DNA of 64,000 nucleotides from a virus (IMGVR_UViG_2934734009_000001:16834-80833), one strand, 5' to 3'; shown: positions 34,259 through 42,779, counted from the stretch's first letter. Numbers and translations: made by a program. Notes: generated by a model not told the origin, from the letters alone.

Positions 34259-34629
34259 GCCCCCGCCTCCTTCGCCGCGGCACGGGCCTCGTGCTGCGGA
34301 GTCCACGGCAAGGGCAGGTCGTCGCCGTCCCGCCGGGGGACGATGTGGACGTGGAGGTGGAAGACGCTCTGCGTCGCCTCGGTGCCCTTGCTGGTGATGA
34401 GGTTCGCGGCGGGCAGCTCGGCCATCAGCTCGGCTGCCCGCCCCATCACCGCCTTGGTGACCTCGATGTCGGTTCCCGCGTCCTCGACGTGAACCCGCGG
34501 CAGGACGAAGACGTGGCCGTCGGTGCAGCCACCGCTACGGGGACGGATCGCAATCGCGTCGTCCCACTCACGCACGATGGTGGCGGGCACCTGGCCGGCG
34601 ACGATGCGGCAGAAAACGCAGTCCGACAT
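34255..34629 (-). CDS. HIT family nucleotide hydrolase
   Basis: CVFCRIVAG...GHVFVLPRVHV...QSVFHLHVHIVPR histidine triad. Confidence 0.92.
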   Translation of the reverse strand: MSDCVFCRIVAGQVPATIVREWDDAIAIRPRSGGCTDGHVFVLPRVHVEDAGTDIEVTKAVMGRAAELMAELPAANLITSKGTEATQSVFHLHVHIVPRRDGDDLPLPWTPQHEARAAAKEAGA

Positions 34630-34669
34630 GAGCTACTCCTTGAATCAGATCGGATGAACTGAGGCGGGG

Positions 34670-34882
34670 TCAGGCGTGGTTGGGCTTCCAGGTGCCGTTG
34701 TTCAGCCGGTTCAGCTCGTCGAGGTTCTCGTCGGCGGCCTGCCGCATCGACTCGGCGAGGCGGTGCTGGCCGTTCGCGGCGGCGTCACGCTGCGCCTGCC
34801 GGCTGTTCTGGATGTCGGCGGTAATGTCGGCGCGGGTCTGCTCGGCGGACTGGCTCTTGAAAAAGTGACGGGCGCTGGCCAT
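34670..34882 (-). CDS. Small helical hypothetical protein
   Basis: MASARHFFKS...; AAGGAG RBS. Confidence 0.65.
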   Translation of the reverse strand: MASARHFFKSQSAEQTRADITADIQNSRQAQRDAAANGQHRLAESMRQAADENLDELNRLNNGTWKPNHA

Positions 34883-34977
34883 GGGTTTCTCCTTGGGTTG
34901 GCGTCGGGTCCGGGTGACTCCCGGGCCACTCCGCCGCCACCAGCTGCGGGCCTGGGGGCGACAGGGCAAGCCGGGGG

Positions 34978-35280
34978 TCAGGCGGCAGCCGGGGTGTTCA
35001 GCCCGTCCAGCTCGTCGAGTTCGTCCAGCAGCCGGGGCCCGAACGGCTGCCCGGCGTCGTGCTCGACGGCCAGGCCCCGCAGCCAGTGCCGGGTGCTGTG
35101 GTCACCCCGGGCCGCGACGTACCGGGTGACGATCTCCCCCGGCGACAGGCCCTCCGCCTCCTCCCACGTCACCTGCACGTCGGAGGTCAGGAGCGCCGCC
35201 CGCAGGTTGTGGATCTCGGCGGACACGGTGGCGAGGTCGCCGGAAAACAGGTCAGTGACGGTCGAGACGTAAGGAGACAT
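34978..35280 (-). CDS. Hypothetical protein
   Basis: 100 aa, GAAGG RBS. Confidence 0.6.
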   Translation of the reverse strand: MSPYVSTVTDLFSGDLATVSAEIHNLRAALLTSDVQVTWEEAEGLSPGEIVTRYVAARGDHSTRHWLRGLAVEHDAGQPFGPRLLDELDELDGLNTPAAA

Positions 35281-35387
35281 GGGGGTGCCCTTCGGTTGAG
35301 TGATGGGTGAAGAGAGAGGTGGGGGTGGAGAGCCGCGCCCGGCCGGCCGGGGGATGTCGCCAGCGGGGCGCGGCGGACTGTGGGGTG

Positions 35388-35522
35388 CTACCGGCGGCGG
35401 GCTTCCTGCCGGGCCATCGCGGCCCGAACATCAGCACCAGCCTCGTAGTCGCGCTTGCACGCGTCCGGGGTGGCGGGCTCAGAGACGATCGTGTTCTCGC
35501 GCGGCCGCTCGGCCGTCGCCAT
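35388..35522 (-). CDS. Microprotein
   Basis: ATG overlaps the upstream TGA; PDACKRDYEAGADVR. Confidence 0.5.
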   Translation of the reverse strand: MATAERPRENTIVSEPATPDACKRDYEAGADVRAAMARQEARRR

Positions 35523-35695
35523 CAGAGACGCCGCTGGGCGATCAGCCGGCGACGAGCAGCCGGATCGGCGGGGAGAGTGACCGACTCGCGGCACGGGGTC
35601 ACCGGGCGGCGGACGTAGGAGCCAGCCTCGTGGGCGGCGATGTCGGCCGGGGTCATGGTCGCCGGGGTGGCGAGGGTAGAGTTCTTGGCAGCCAT
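35522..35695 (-). CDS. Microprotein, first gene of transfer operon
   Basis: GAGAGGA RBS; MAAKNSTLATP. Confidence 0.55.
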   Translation of the reverse strand: MAAKNSTLATPATMTPADIAAHEAGSYVRRPVTPCRESVTLPADPAARRRLIAQRRL

Positions 35696-35737
35696 CAGGG
35701 GTCCTCTCAAAGATCCTGGTGGTAGGCCCTGGCCAGC

Positions 35738-35812
35738 GGTGGAGTCGCTGAGCTGGGGCCGTTTGCTTTTGGTGCCGGTGGAGTCGGCGGTGGAGCCTTC
35801 TGGGGTGGAGTC
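35738..35812 (-). repeat. Four GGTGGAG(T/C)C repeats in hairpin loops of the operon leader
   Basis: Plus-strand copies at 35738, 35777, 35789, 35804, each flanked by short complementary arms. Confidence 0.6.
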
Positions 35813-35869
35813 CCGTTCGGCTTCAAGGGATATCTTGTAGCTAGTCGACCCCTCCCGTCAAGAGGTCTA

Positions 35870-35898
35870 TTGAAGTCGTGTCGCATCGGCCTTACGAT
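35870..35898 (+). promoter_or_regulatory. Sigma70/HrdB-type promoter for a leaderless gene
   Basis: TTGAAG-17-TACGAT, with ATG 6 nt downstream at 35905; a divergent TTGACG lies on the minus strand at about 35856-35861. Confidence 0.7.
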
Positions 35899-35904
35899 TC
35901 GGAC

Positions 35905-36150
35905 ATGACAGACGCCCTCAACACCGCCATCGACGAAGCCGTAAACTCCCTGGCCACCATCGACGACCCCGTTGAGCGCTACCACGCCAGCCGCCGCATC
36001 CGCGTCCAGCTCGACACCGGAAGCAGCGCCCTCAAGGAAGCCCAAGCCCGTATCGCCGCCGAGCTCAAGGCCGGCAGATCGTGGCGCGAAGTCGGCATCC
36101 TGATGGGTGTCAGCGGGTCCCGCGCCGAGCAAATCTCCAACGGGAAGTGA
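35905..36150 (+). CDS. Small HTH regulator (candidate Kor-like repressor of transfer operon)
   Basis: RSWREVGILMGVSGSRAEQI HTH; divergent from the transfer operon. Confidence 0.75.
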   Translation: MTDALNTAIDEAVNSLATIDDPVERYHASRRIRVQLDTGSSALKEAQARIAAELKAGRSWREVGILMGVSGSRAEQISNGK

Positions 36151-36302
36151 CCGGGTGTCTGTCATGCCCCCAAGTCAACTCGCGGCCGACTTACCGAGCG
36201 ATGAGCTTCCAGTGCGGTGGCAGTGCACCGGATCGGCCCCTAGTGCAGTAGCAGTGCAGCAGTGATGCAGAACCGCAGCGCCACGACCCGGGGAGCCGGA
36301 TA

Positions 36303-36941
36303 GTGAACGTCACCACGTGGACCGGCCGCACCGCCTGCGCCTTGCAGGCCGCGCTCCGCATGACGAACGAGGGCTTCGCCGCGAAGCTCGGTGTCGCGGT
36401 TCGCACGGTTGCCGGCTGGCACCGGAACCCGGAGATTGTGCCGCGCACCGAAATACAGCAGGCCCTCGACACCACCTACGAGAGGGCCAACGAGCACGTG
36501 CGACGACGCTTCACTCTTCTGTCCCGCCCGCCCGAGGAGCCCGCCCAGGCTGAGGCGCAGGCGCTGCGCGTGGCTATCGCCGTGGTTCTGCGCGGCGCCG
36601 AGGTGCTGCTGGTGTGCCGCCGCGGCGACGACACGCTCACCTGGCAGTTCCCGGCCGGGATGTGCAAGCCGGGCGCCGCCGTGGCGTCGGTGGCGGTGCA
36701 GGAAACCCACGCGGAGACCGGCGTGCACGTCGCGGTCCGCGAGGAGCTCGGCACCCGCGTCCACCCGAAAACCGGGGTGCTGGCCAGCTACGTCCTCTGC
36801 GACTATCTCGCCGGCGAGGCGAGGAACTTGGATACCGTCGAGAACATGGACGTCGCCTGGGTGCCCCTCGCCAGCCTGACCCGTTTCATTCCGGCCGAGA
36901 ACATCTACCCGCCGATCCTGAGTGCCTTGGAGGCAGCGTGA
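36303..36941 (+). CDS. XRE-HTH plus degenerate Nudix domain protein
   Basis: [25 protein letters not shown]; WQFPAG...[12 protein letters not shown] degenerate Nudix box. Confidence 0.82.
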   Translation: MNVTTWTGRTACALQAALRMTNEGFAAKLGVAVRTVAGWHRNPEIVPRTEIQQALDTTYERANEHVRRRFTLLSRPPEEPAQAEAQALRVAIAVVLRGAEVLLVCRRGDDTLTWQFPAGMCKPGAAVASVAVQETHAETGVHVAVREELGTRVHPKTGVLASYVLCDYLAGEARNLDTVENMDVAWVPLASLTRFIPAENIYPPILSALEAA

Positions 36942-37345
36942 CCGAGCAGAGTGTTCAGCCCCCCGTCTCCACGGCGATCATCGTGGACGGTGGAAAGGTG
37001 CTGATGATCCGACGCCAGGTGCGGGAGGGGAAGCTGCTGTGGGCGTTCCCCGGCGGCGGCATCGAAGCCGGGGAGACCCCGGAGCGGGCTGCGGTGCGGG
37101 AGACCGCGGAGGAGGTCGGCCTGGAGGTGAAGGCCGCCCGTGTCCTCGGCGACCGGGTGCATCCGCAGACCGGGGTTCCGATGACATATGTGGCCTGTGA
37201 GCTGATCTCCGGTGACGCGATCGTCGGGGACGCCGAGGAGATCGCAGCTGTCGCGTGGATCCGGCACGAGGAGATCGCAGAGTACGTGCCGTGGGGGCTG
37301 TTTGGACCCGTACAGGACTACCTGGATGACGCGCTCCCCCGCTGA
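36938..37345 (+). CDS. Nudix hydrolase (MutT/Pif-like)
   Basis: GTG overlaps the upstream TGA; intact Nudix box [26 protein letters not shown]. Confidence 0.9.
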   Translation: MTEQSVQPPVSTAIIVDGGKVLMIRRQVREGKLLWAFPGGGIEAGETPERAAVRETAEEVGLEVKAARVLGDRVHPQTGVPMTYVACELISGDAIVGDAEEIAAVAWIRHEEIAEYVPWGLFGPVQDYLDDALPR

Positions 37346-37360
37346 CCGCGAACACGAGAG

Positions 37361-37389
37361 AGGCCCCCGCCGTTGACGGTGGGGGCCTT
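37361..37389. terminator. Hairpin between convergent genes
   Basis: AGGCCCCCGCC...GGTGGGGGCCT. Confidence 0.6.
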
Positions 37390-37404
37390 GTGCGTGCGAG
37401 GCGA

Positions 37405-37815
37405 CTAGACGTGACCGCGGCGCCTCAACTCTTCAACTGCCTTGCGTGCGACCTCACGGATCTCGGCGGCGGTCATGTTGTCGACGGTCGCGACCATGGC
37501 GTTCGTGATGGCCTGGTCGAGCTCGCCATCGGGGATCTTGGCAAGTCCGCCCGCTGACCGTGCGCCCTTCATCTCGATGGGGCCGGCGGCGCCATCGAGG
37601 ACGCCCAAGCAGGACCCCGAAGCCCATTCCAGAGCTGCATCGATCTTGGCGTAGGAAGTCTCTCGCACCTGCGCCCCCTCTTCCACGCGGCGCCAGGTGT
37701 CTTTCGACATGCCCGCGCCGGCGGCGGCAGCAGCAACGCCGACTCGAAGTTCCAGGCGACGCTCGCGCACCTTGGCGGCAAGCCGCTGATGATTATGCAG
37801 CTCGTGGGTGGTCAT
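37405..37815 (-). CDS. XRE-family HTH regulator
   Basis: LAAKVRERRLEL...GMSKDTWRRVEEG...IDAALEW; CATAGT 6 nt before ATG (leaderless). Confidence 0.8.
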   Translation of the reverse strand: MTTHELHNHQRLAAKVRERRLELRVGVAAAAAGAGMSKDTWRRVEEGAQVRETSYAKIDAALEWASGSCLGVLDGAAGPIEMKGARSAGGLAKIPDGELDQAITNAMVATVDNMTAAEIREVARKAVEELRRRGHV

Positions 37816-38033
37816 AGGCCCACTATGCCAACAGCGGCGATAAGGCGCTACCTCCACCCCAGAAGTTAGCCGAATTGCTAGCTAGTTAGCCGGACATCGA
37901 CTACCGTTGGAGTTGCCGGCCGCAGCACGCCGAGCGGCCTAATTCACACCAGCGGGCAGAGCTCGCGCATCCACGGGAGTGCCGTGTTCGTGCCGTTCAT
38001 CTCCACGCCAACCCGACCAAAGGAGGGCGCACC

Positions 38034-39203
38034 ATGGGTGTCCGTCTGATTGTCGAGGTGCTGGATCACTGGCAGGGTGCCGGGTTGACCGCGGGCGAAC
38101 GGAGCGACCTTCTACTGCTCGCGGAGAACGCGAACGACCAGAGCCGACTGACGTGGGGCCCGGTGCACGAGGAGTACATGCTGCACCGGGCGAACAAGTC
38201 GGCGGCGGGGTGGAAGAACTCGATCGGCAAGCTGCTGAAGAAGGGTGTGCTGGTTCAGCACGCGCAGGGGCATGTCGGCCAGGTCGCGGTGTACCGGCTT
38301 GCACAGTTGTGCTCGGAGGCTCCGCACGACGGTTGGAGAGGGCACTGCACCCGGCCAGAAAGGGTCACCCCAGAGGTGACCCTTTCTGGGGGCGGCCCAG
38401 GGAAGGGTCACCTCTCAGATGACCCTGAGGGTCACTCCTCAGGTGACCCTCTTGAGCGAAAGGGTCACCTGACAGGTGGGGAAAGGGTCATCTCTCAGGT
38501 GACCCCTACTCCTCCTGTCTCCTCTTTTAAGACCCCCTCTAACACCTCCTCCTCCCCCGCGGCGGAGTCGTCGCCTGCGGCCCGTCAGTCGGACACCGAG
38601 GGAGGAGGCGGTGGCGATTCCTTCTTCGAAGGGCCAACAGCGGTTGGGGCTTCCGCGGGGCAAGGGGTAGTGGTGGCTCCCCCTTCGGTCGAGCTTCACC
38701 CGCAGGCCGAGCCCCTGGTCGCCGCCCTGGACTTCCGGGGCCGTCCGCCGGGGTCGAAGCAGCACCGACAACTGGTCGCCTTTGCTGCCGCCGCCCTTAA
38801 CGCCGGCTGGGTCGAGCAGGACCTGAAGACGTACCTCGACCTCGGGGGTGCGGCGGTAAACAGCGCTGCGGCCGTGTACGCGCACCGTCTGGCCGCGGAT
38901 GAGCTCCCGGACCCGGTGACGTTCCGGGAGGCTGCGAGACGCCCCCTGGAGGGCACGGACGCCATCGTGGACGGGTGGATGCAGCTCGCCGGGCGTTCGG
39001 GCCCGCACAGGCCGTATCAGGACTCGTGGCGGCGCCTGGAGGAGGAGGGCCGGAACGGGGCACGGCCGCAGGGGTGGGAGAAGGTGCCGCACTGCGGGGA
39101 CCCGGACTGCGATGAGGTCACCCGCCGACGGGACGAGACCAGTTGGGACGGATTGCCGACAGCCTCACCGTGTCAGCGCTGCCACCCGGCCATGAGGTTC
39201 TGA
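38034..39203 (+). CDS. Putative replication initiator (second Rep-like gene)
   Basis: AGGAGG RBS; N-terminal wHTH-like region (LTAGERSDLLLLAENAND), internal iteron block, C-terminal CGDPDC...CQRCHP. Confidence 0.65.
   Translation: MGVRLIVEVLDHWQGAGLTAGERSDLLLLAENANDQSRLTWGPVHEEYMLHRANKSAAGWKNSIGKLLKKGVLVQHAQGHVGQVAVYRLAQLCSEAPHDGWRGHCTRPERVTPEVTLSGGGPGKGHLSDDPEGHSSGDPLERKGHLTGGERVISQVTPTPPVSSFKTPSNTSSSPAAESSPAARQSDTEGGGGGDSFFEGPTAVGASAGQGVVVAPPSVELHPQAEPLVAALDFRGRPPGSKQHRQLVAFAAAALNAGWVEQDLKTYLDLGGAAVNSAAAVYAHRLAADELPDPVTFREAARRPLEGTDAIVDGWMQLAGRSGPHRPYQDSWRRLEEEGRNGARPQGWEKVPHCGDPDCDEVTRRRDETSWDGLPTASPCQRCHPAMRF
38355..38506. repeat. Palindromic iterons AGGGTCA-N9-TGACCCT (putative origin)
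   Basis: Units at 38361, 38404, 38428, 38461 (degenerate) and 38484; the first extends to a perfect 15-bp inverted repeat (38355-38389). Confidence 0.8.
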
Positions 39204-39285
39204 GGACGAAGGAGCCCGAAGTCGAGACGGGCAAGCCAGCCTCAGGACAACATCGACATCAGAGCTGCCCTACGGAGAGGACCGC

Positions 39286-40134
39286 ATGACCAGACAACTC
39301 ACCACCCAGAACGCGACGATCACCACCGCCGCGGTCGAGGTGAAGACCCTCACCATCAGCGGCAAGCAGGTCACTCTCGCCGTCTTCCGGCAACTTCAAG
39401 AGGAACCCTTGATCGCATGGGACGGCACCCTCAAGGGCGAACCGTGGGGCACCGTCAACTACCACCCTGACAAGTGCTCGGACAGTCCGTTCGCGCACAG
39501 CCACGTGGTGTGGCAGCGAGGCGTCGAACTCCATCGCGCTCGCGTCGACAAGATCCCTAGCTTCGAAACCGGGGGGCGATATCTGCTCAGAGTAGGGGGA
39601 TACGAGAGGCGAGACTCAACTGCCTCGTTCAAGGCTGCGGAGACCGATCGCTTTCTGACCGGAAGCGTCCTGGAATGGCTCGCCGGCCGGGCAGACAAGT
39701 GCCCACTCGAAGCTCGTGCCGGATGGACAGCTCAGTACGACGACCGGGCCATCCTTGACTCCGGTCACGGGTTCTCCGCATTCGCGAAAGCCTCCAAAGC
39801 TGCGGTAGAAGCCGCCAACGCGCGCACCAAGGCGGATGAAGCCCTAGCGGCTGTGGCCAAGAAGGAGGAAGAGGAGCGAGCCAACCCCCAACAATCCGCC
39901 CGGTGGGAGTGGCAGAGCCTTGACCAGCTCCAAGCCGAGGCGGGCGCCGCCAACGCAGAAGCATCGGCCGCGCTGAACGTTCTCGTCGCCGAAGTAGCCG
40001 CATGGGGCCTCGACCTCTCAGATGTTCGGGCAGCGCACGATCAACTCATCGAGGCCGAAGCGGCCCGCCGAGAGCGACACCGGGCTGCTCGCAGGTCCCT
40101 GGCAGAGCTCCCTCAACTGTTCATCGCCGTCTGA
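39286..40134 (+). CDS. Hypothetical protein
   Basis: GGAGAGG RBS; EVKTLTISGKQVTLAVFRQL...PWGTVNYH; followed by a hairpin at about 40145-40173. Confidence 0.75.
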   Translation: MTRQLTTQNATITTAAVEVKTLTISGKQVTLAVFRQLQEEPLIAWDGTLKGEPWGTVNYHPDKCSDSPFAHSHVVWQRGVELHRARVDKIPSFETGGRYLLRVGGYERRDSTASFKAAETDRFLTGSVLEWLAGRADKCPLEARAGWTAQYDDRAILDSGHGFSAFAKASKAAVEAANARTKADEALAAVAKKEEEERANPQQSARWEWQSLDQLQAEAGAANAEASAALNVLVAEVAAWGLDLSDVRAAHDQLIEAEAARRERHRAARRSLAELPQLFIAV

Positions 40135-40212
40135 CCCGCGCCATGGCCGCCCCCGCGGGATTCGGGGGCGGCCTTCTTCAGCTAACCACGGGGTCCAGCA
40201 CCAGCCAGGTGC

Positions 40213-41100
40213 TCACAGAGTTTGTTGCCCGGGTACGGAGGCGACGACAACAGACTGTGGCGGGGGCGGTGGTTGGGGTCCGGCGACCATGGCCTGCACA
40301 AGGGCGGAGAGGATTTCCCCGCGCTGCTCCTGGGTGAGGTCTCCGTCGGCGACGAGGCGTTCCGCGGCGAGGTAGCGGGAGAGTTCGAGGGGCTGGTCGA
40401 AGTAGGACCGGAGGTGTGTGGCGGCGGCTTCCTGGGAGCGGATGAACGTCTTGGCGACGTATCCGGCGAGAGCCGCTGACACGGCGCCAAGTCCGCCGGC
40501 AACGATCGCGACGGCGGTGGTGCTGGCCCAGAGGGCGATCCCGGCGAAGAGCACCAGGAGGAGGAATCCGGTGCCCATGGCCACCTGGGCGTTCCGGAAC
40601 GAGGTCTTGGCCTGGCCGGTGGCGATCTGGTGATAGAGGTCGAGGCGGGCATGAGTGGCCTCCCAGAGTTCGGGGAGCCCGAGGGTGCCTCGCCGTCCAG
40701 TATCAGCAGCTGGGGGGTGATCTTCGTCCACGGCCAGGTCGGGAAATAGCGTGGCATCACGGCTGTGCATGAGGCTGCCGCCGATGATGATGTCTGCCGC
40801 GGTGTACTCGCGGCGAATCGCATCCGCGAGCGCGCTTTCCGCGCGTGTCAGGCGTTGTCGGCTCTCACCGACGGCAGCGGCCTGCCTGGCGGCGAACGAC
40901 CTGACCTGTGCGAAGACGACTACGGAGGCAGCCACGAAGGGAACTACCAGAAAGGCGGGCTCGATGGCATCGCGCCAGACGTACAGGGTGAGGAAGTACG
41001 TCGCTGCGAGCGCCAAGGCGGACGCGACGTATAGGACTGTGCGCGTGAGGCGGATTCGCGGCGCGCGCTCGGCGTCGTCGGGGAGATCACTGGGCGGCAT
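40213..41100 (-). CDS. Membrane protein with TRADD-N-associated 2TM-like domain
   Basis: YHQIATGQAKTSFRNAQVAM-TM-TM-TFIRSQEAA...LRSYF pattern; family call from motif recollection. Confidence 0.65.
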   Translation of the reverse strand: MPPSDLPDDAERAPRIRLTRTVLYVASALALAATYFLTLYVWRDAIEPAFLVVPFVAASVVVFAQVRSFAARQAAAVGESRQRLTRAESALADAIRREYTAADIIIGGSLMHSRDATLFPDLAVDEDHPPAADTGRRGTLGLPELWEATHARLDLYHQIATGQAKTSFRNAQVAMGTGFLLLVLFAGIALWASTTAVAIVAGGLGAVSAALAGYVAKTFIRSQEAAATHLRSYFDQPLELSRYLAAERLVADGDLTQEQRGEILSALVQAMVAGPQPPPPPQSVVVASVPGQQTL

Positions 41101-41304
41101 GGATCAAGAGGATGCCGGGCCCGCGCCGGGGCGTCCACCGGTTCCGGTGAACCCGGCTGGAGGCGACGACCTTGTACCAGCGCTGCCATGCGGCGATGCG
41201 GTTCTGAGGGCCAAAGGAGCCTAGGACCCGTCCGGTGTCACAAGGTTCCTCAAGCCTGCGGTGGGGCCGGTGACGTGGCACGCCTGATCCGCCACACTGA
41301 TGTG

Positions 41305-41589
41305 ATGGGGACACAGGGACAGCGAGTACCGATGACTACTACCGATTCGCCGTTGACGGGGCGTGCGATTGCGCAGAGTTGGATGATTTGGGGGGCGGAG
41401 GCCCCGAATTTGGGTGAGGCGCACTCCAGTCTGGAGTCGACGGCCGCGAGTCATGGGGCTGACGCGGTCATTGGGGTGCGTTTCGTCACTGTGTCGGATA
41501 CGCGCACGAGGGTGGGCTTCGTGTCTGGCGAGAGGATCGAGACCCAGACGGTTTGCCAGGGCTATGGCACAGCCATCCGCTATTCGTGA
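41305..41589 (+). CDS. YbjQ/heavy-metal-binding-like domain protein
   Basis: LESTAASHGADAVIGVRF...GYGTAI. Confidence 0.7.
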   Translation: MGTQGQRVPMTTTDSPLTGRAIAQSWMIWGAEAPNLGEAHSSLESTAASHGADAVIGVRFVTVSDTRTRVGFVSGERIETQTVCQGYGTAIRYS

Positions 41590-41707
41590 GGTGCGGAGCA
41601 TGACCCATGCGTCAGCGGTGGCGATGCGGTTCTGAGCCCGAGATGCGGGGACGACGGCCCGGGGTGAGCCTGGAGGGAGTCCCTCTTCCTTCACTGCTTG
41701 GAGCGTC

Positions 41708-41953
41708 ATGATCGTCAAGATGTTGCATGACAAGGGCCTCAAGGCTGAGCACGCCTACACGGCGGCGTTCGTGTCGATCGGGTTGTCGATTGCATCGTGG
41801 TGCGGGTCGATGAAGGTCGAGCCGGCGGGCACTGCGCGGGCTGACCGGTGGGGGATTTTCGTCGGGGAGTGGGCGCCTACGTTCTTCGGGCTGGGTCTGG
41901 CGCTGGCGCATTACGAGCATGACGAGGACACGCTGCACTCGGTGACGCGCTGA
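41708..41953 (+). CDS. Small actinobacterial membrane protein
   Basis: SIGLSIASW...ADRWGIFVGEWAPTFFGLG. Confidence 0.75.
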   Translation: MIVKMLHDKGLKAEHAYTAAFVSIGLSIASWCGSMKVEPAGTARADRWGIFVGEWAPTFFGLGLALAHYEHDEDTLHSVTR

Positions 41954-42009
41954 CGGCGCTCCTGGCCACGCAACGTGTCCTGACCCCACCTCGCCCCGTT
42001 GGGCCGGTC

Positions 42010-42180
42010 ATGGACTCCCCCACCGGCTCGTACCCCACGGCACCCCGTCTCCCGCTGGTCACCCTGGAGGAGGCGCGGGAGGCGGTCCGGCTGTTGCAGC
42101 ACTTCGCCGACGACAGCCCGGAGGGCCAGCAGGCTGGTGTCTGGGCTGCTGACGTGGCACTCCGGTTGCCGTCAGAGTGA
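42010..42180 (+). CDS. Small hypothetical protein
   Basis: Hand translation MDSPTGSYPTAPRLPLVTLEEAREAVRLL...VALRLPSE. Confidence 0.55.
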   Translation: MDSPTGSYPTAPRLPLVTLEEAREAVRLLQHFADDSPEGQQAGVWAADVALRLPSE

Positions 42181-42212
42181 ACGTGAAGCCCTGCCAAGGC
42201 ATGCCAGCCGTG

Positions 42213-42737
42213 TCACCTGCGGAACGGGGGCGCCCCGGAGTAGCCGCGGACTCTCTTGTGGCCGTCCTCAAACGGTGCGGCTGCCTTCGGGCCAGCAGCT
42301 CGGATCGCTTCCTTCCGGATCGGGTCGATCGGGGTCTCGCTCTTTGCGTACTCGGTGAGGCGTTCGATGCGGAGAATTTCCAGGCGTTGCTTCTGCTGCG
42401 GTGTCAGTCGCTTGACGCGCTGGACTGGAACAGCTTCACGACGGTCCGCTAGAAGAGCGCTGGAGCTTAGGTCTTTCCTTGGTCGACCCTTGAGACGCCT
42501 GTTGGCGTGGACGGCCCAGGGCCGGTTCTCGCGATACCCGACCGCACGGAGAGGCTTCCACCCTTTGGAGTTGGACACCCATTGATCGACGACGATCTTC
42601 TGGCCCTCGTGGGCCAGTTCGTTGGCGCGCTGGTTCGCACCGGCCAGCGCGGAGAATTGTTCGAACCTGAGCTTGCCTTTGGGCTGTTTGATGCTGACGG
42701 TCCTGTACTGGCGTCGTCCTGATGAGTCCTGAGTCAT
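42213..42737 (-). CDS. Basic hypothetical protein
   Basis: 174 aa ORF with visibly lower GC than its neighbours. Confidence 0.55.
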   Translation of the reverse strand: MTQDSSGRRQYRTVSIKQPKGKLRFEQFSALAGANQRANELAHEGQKIVVDQWVSNSKGWKPLRAVGYRENRPWAVHANRRLKGRPRKDLSSSALLADRREAVPVQRVKRLTPQQKQRLEILRIERLTEYAKSETPIDPIRKEAIRAAGPKAAAPFEDGHKRVRGYSGAPPFRR

Positions 42738-42779
42738 CTGCCCCCCAGCAGCCTTCTGTGTAGCCCTACGAACTTGTCT

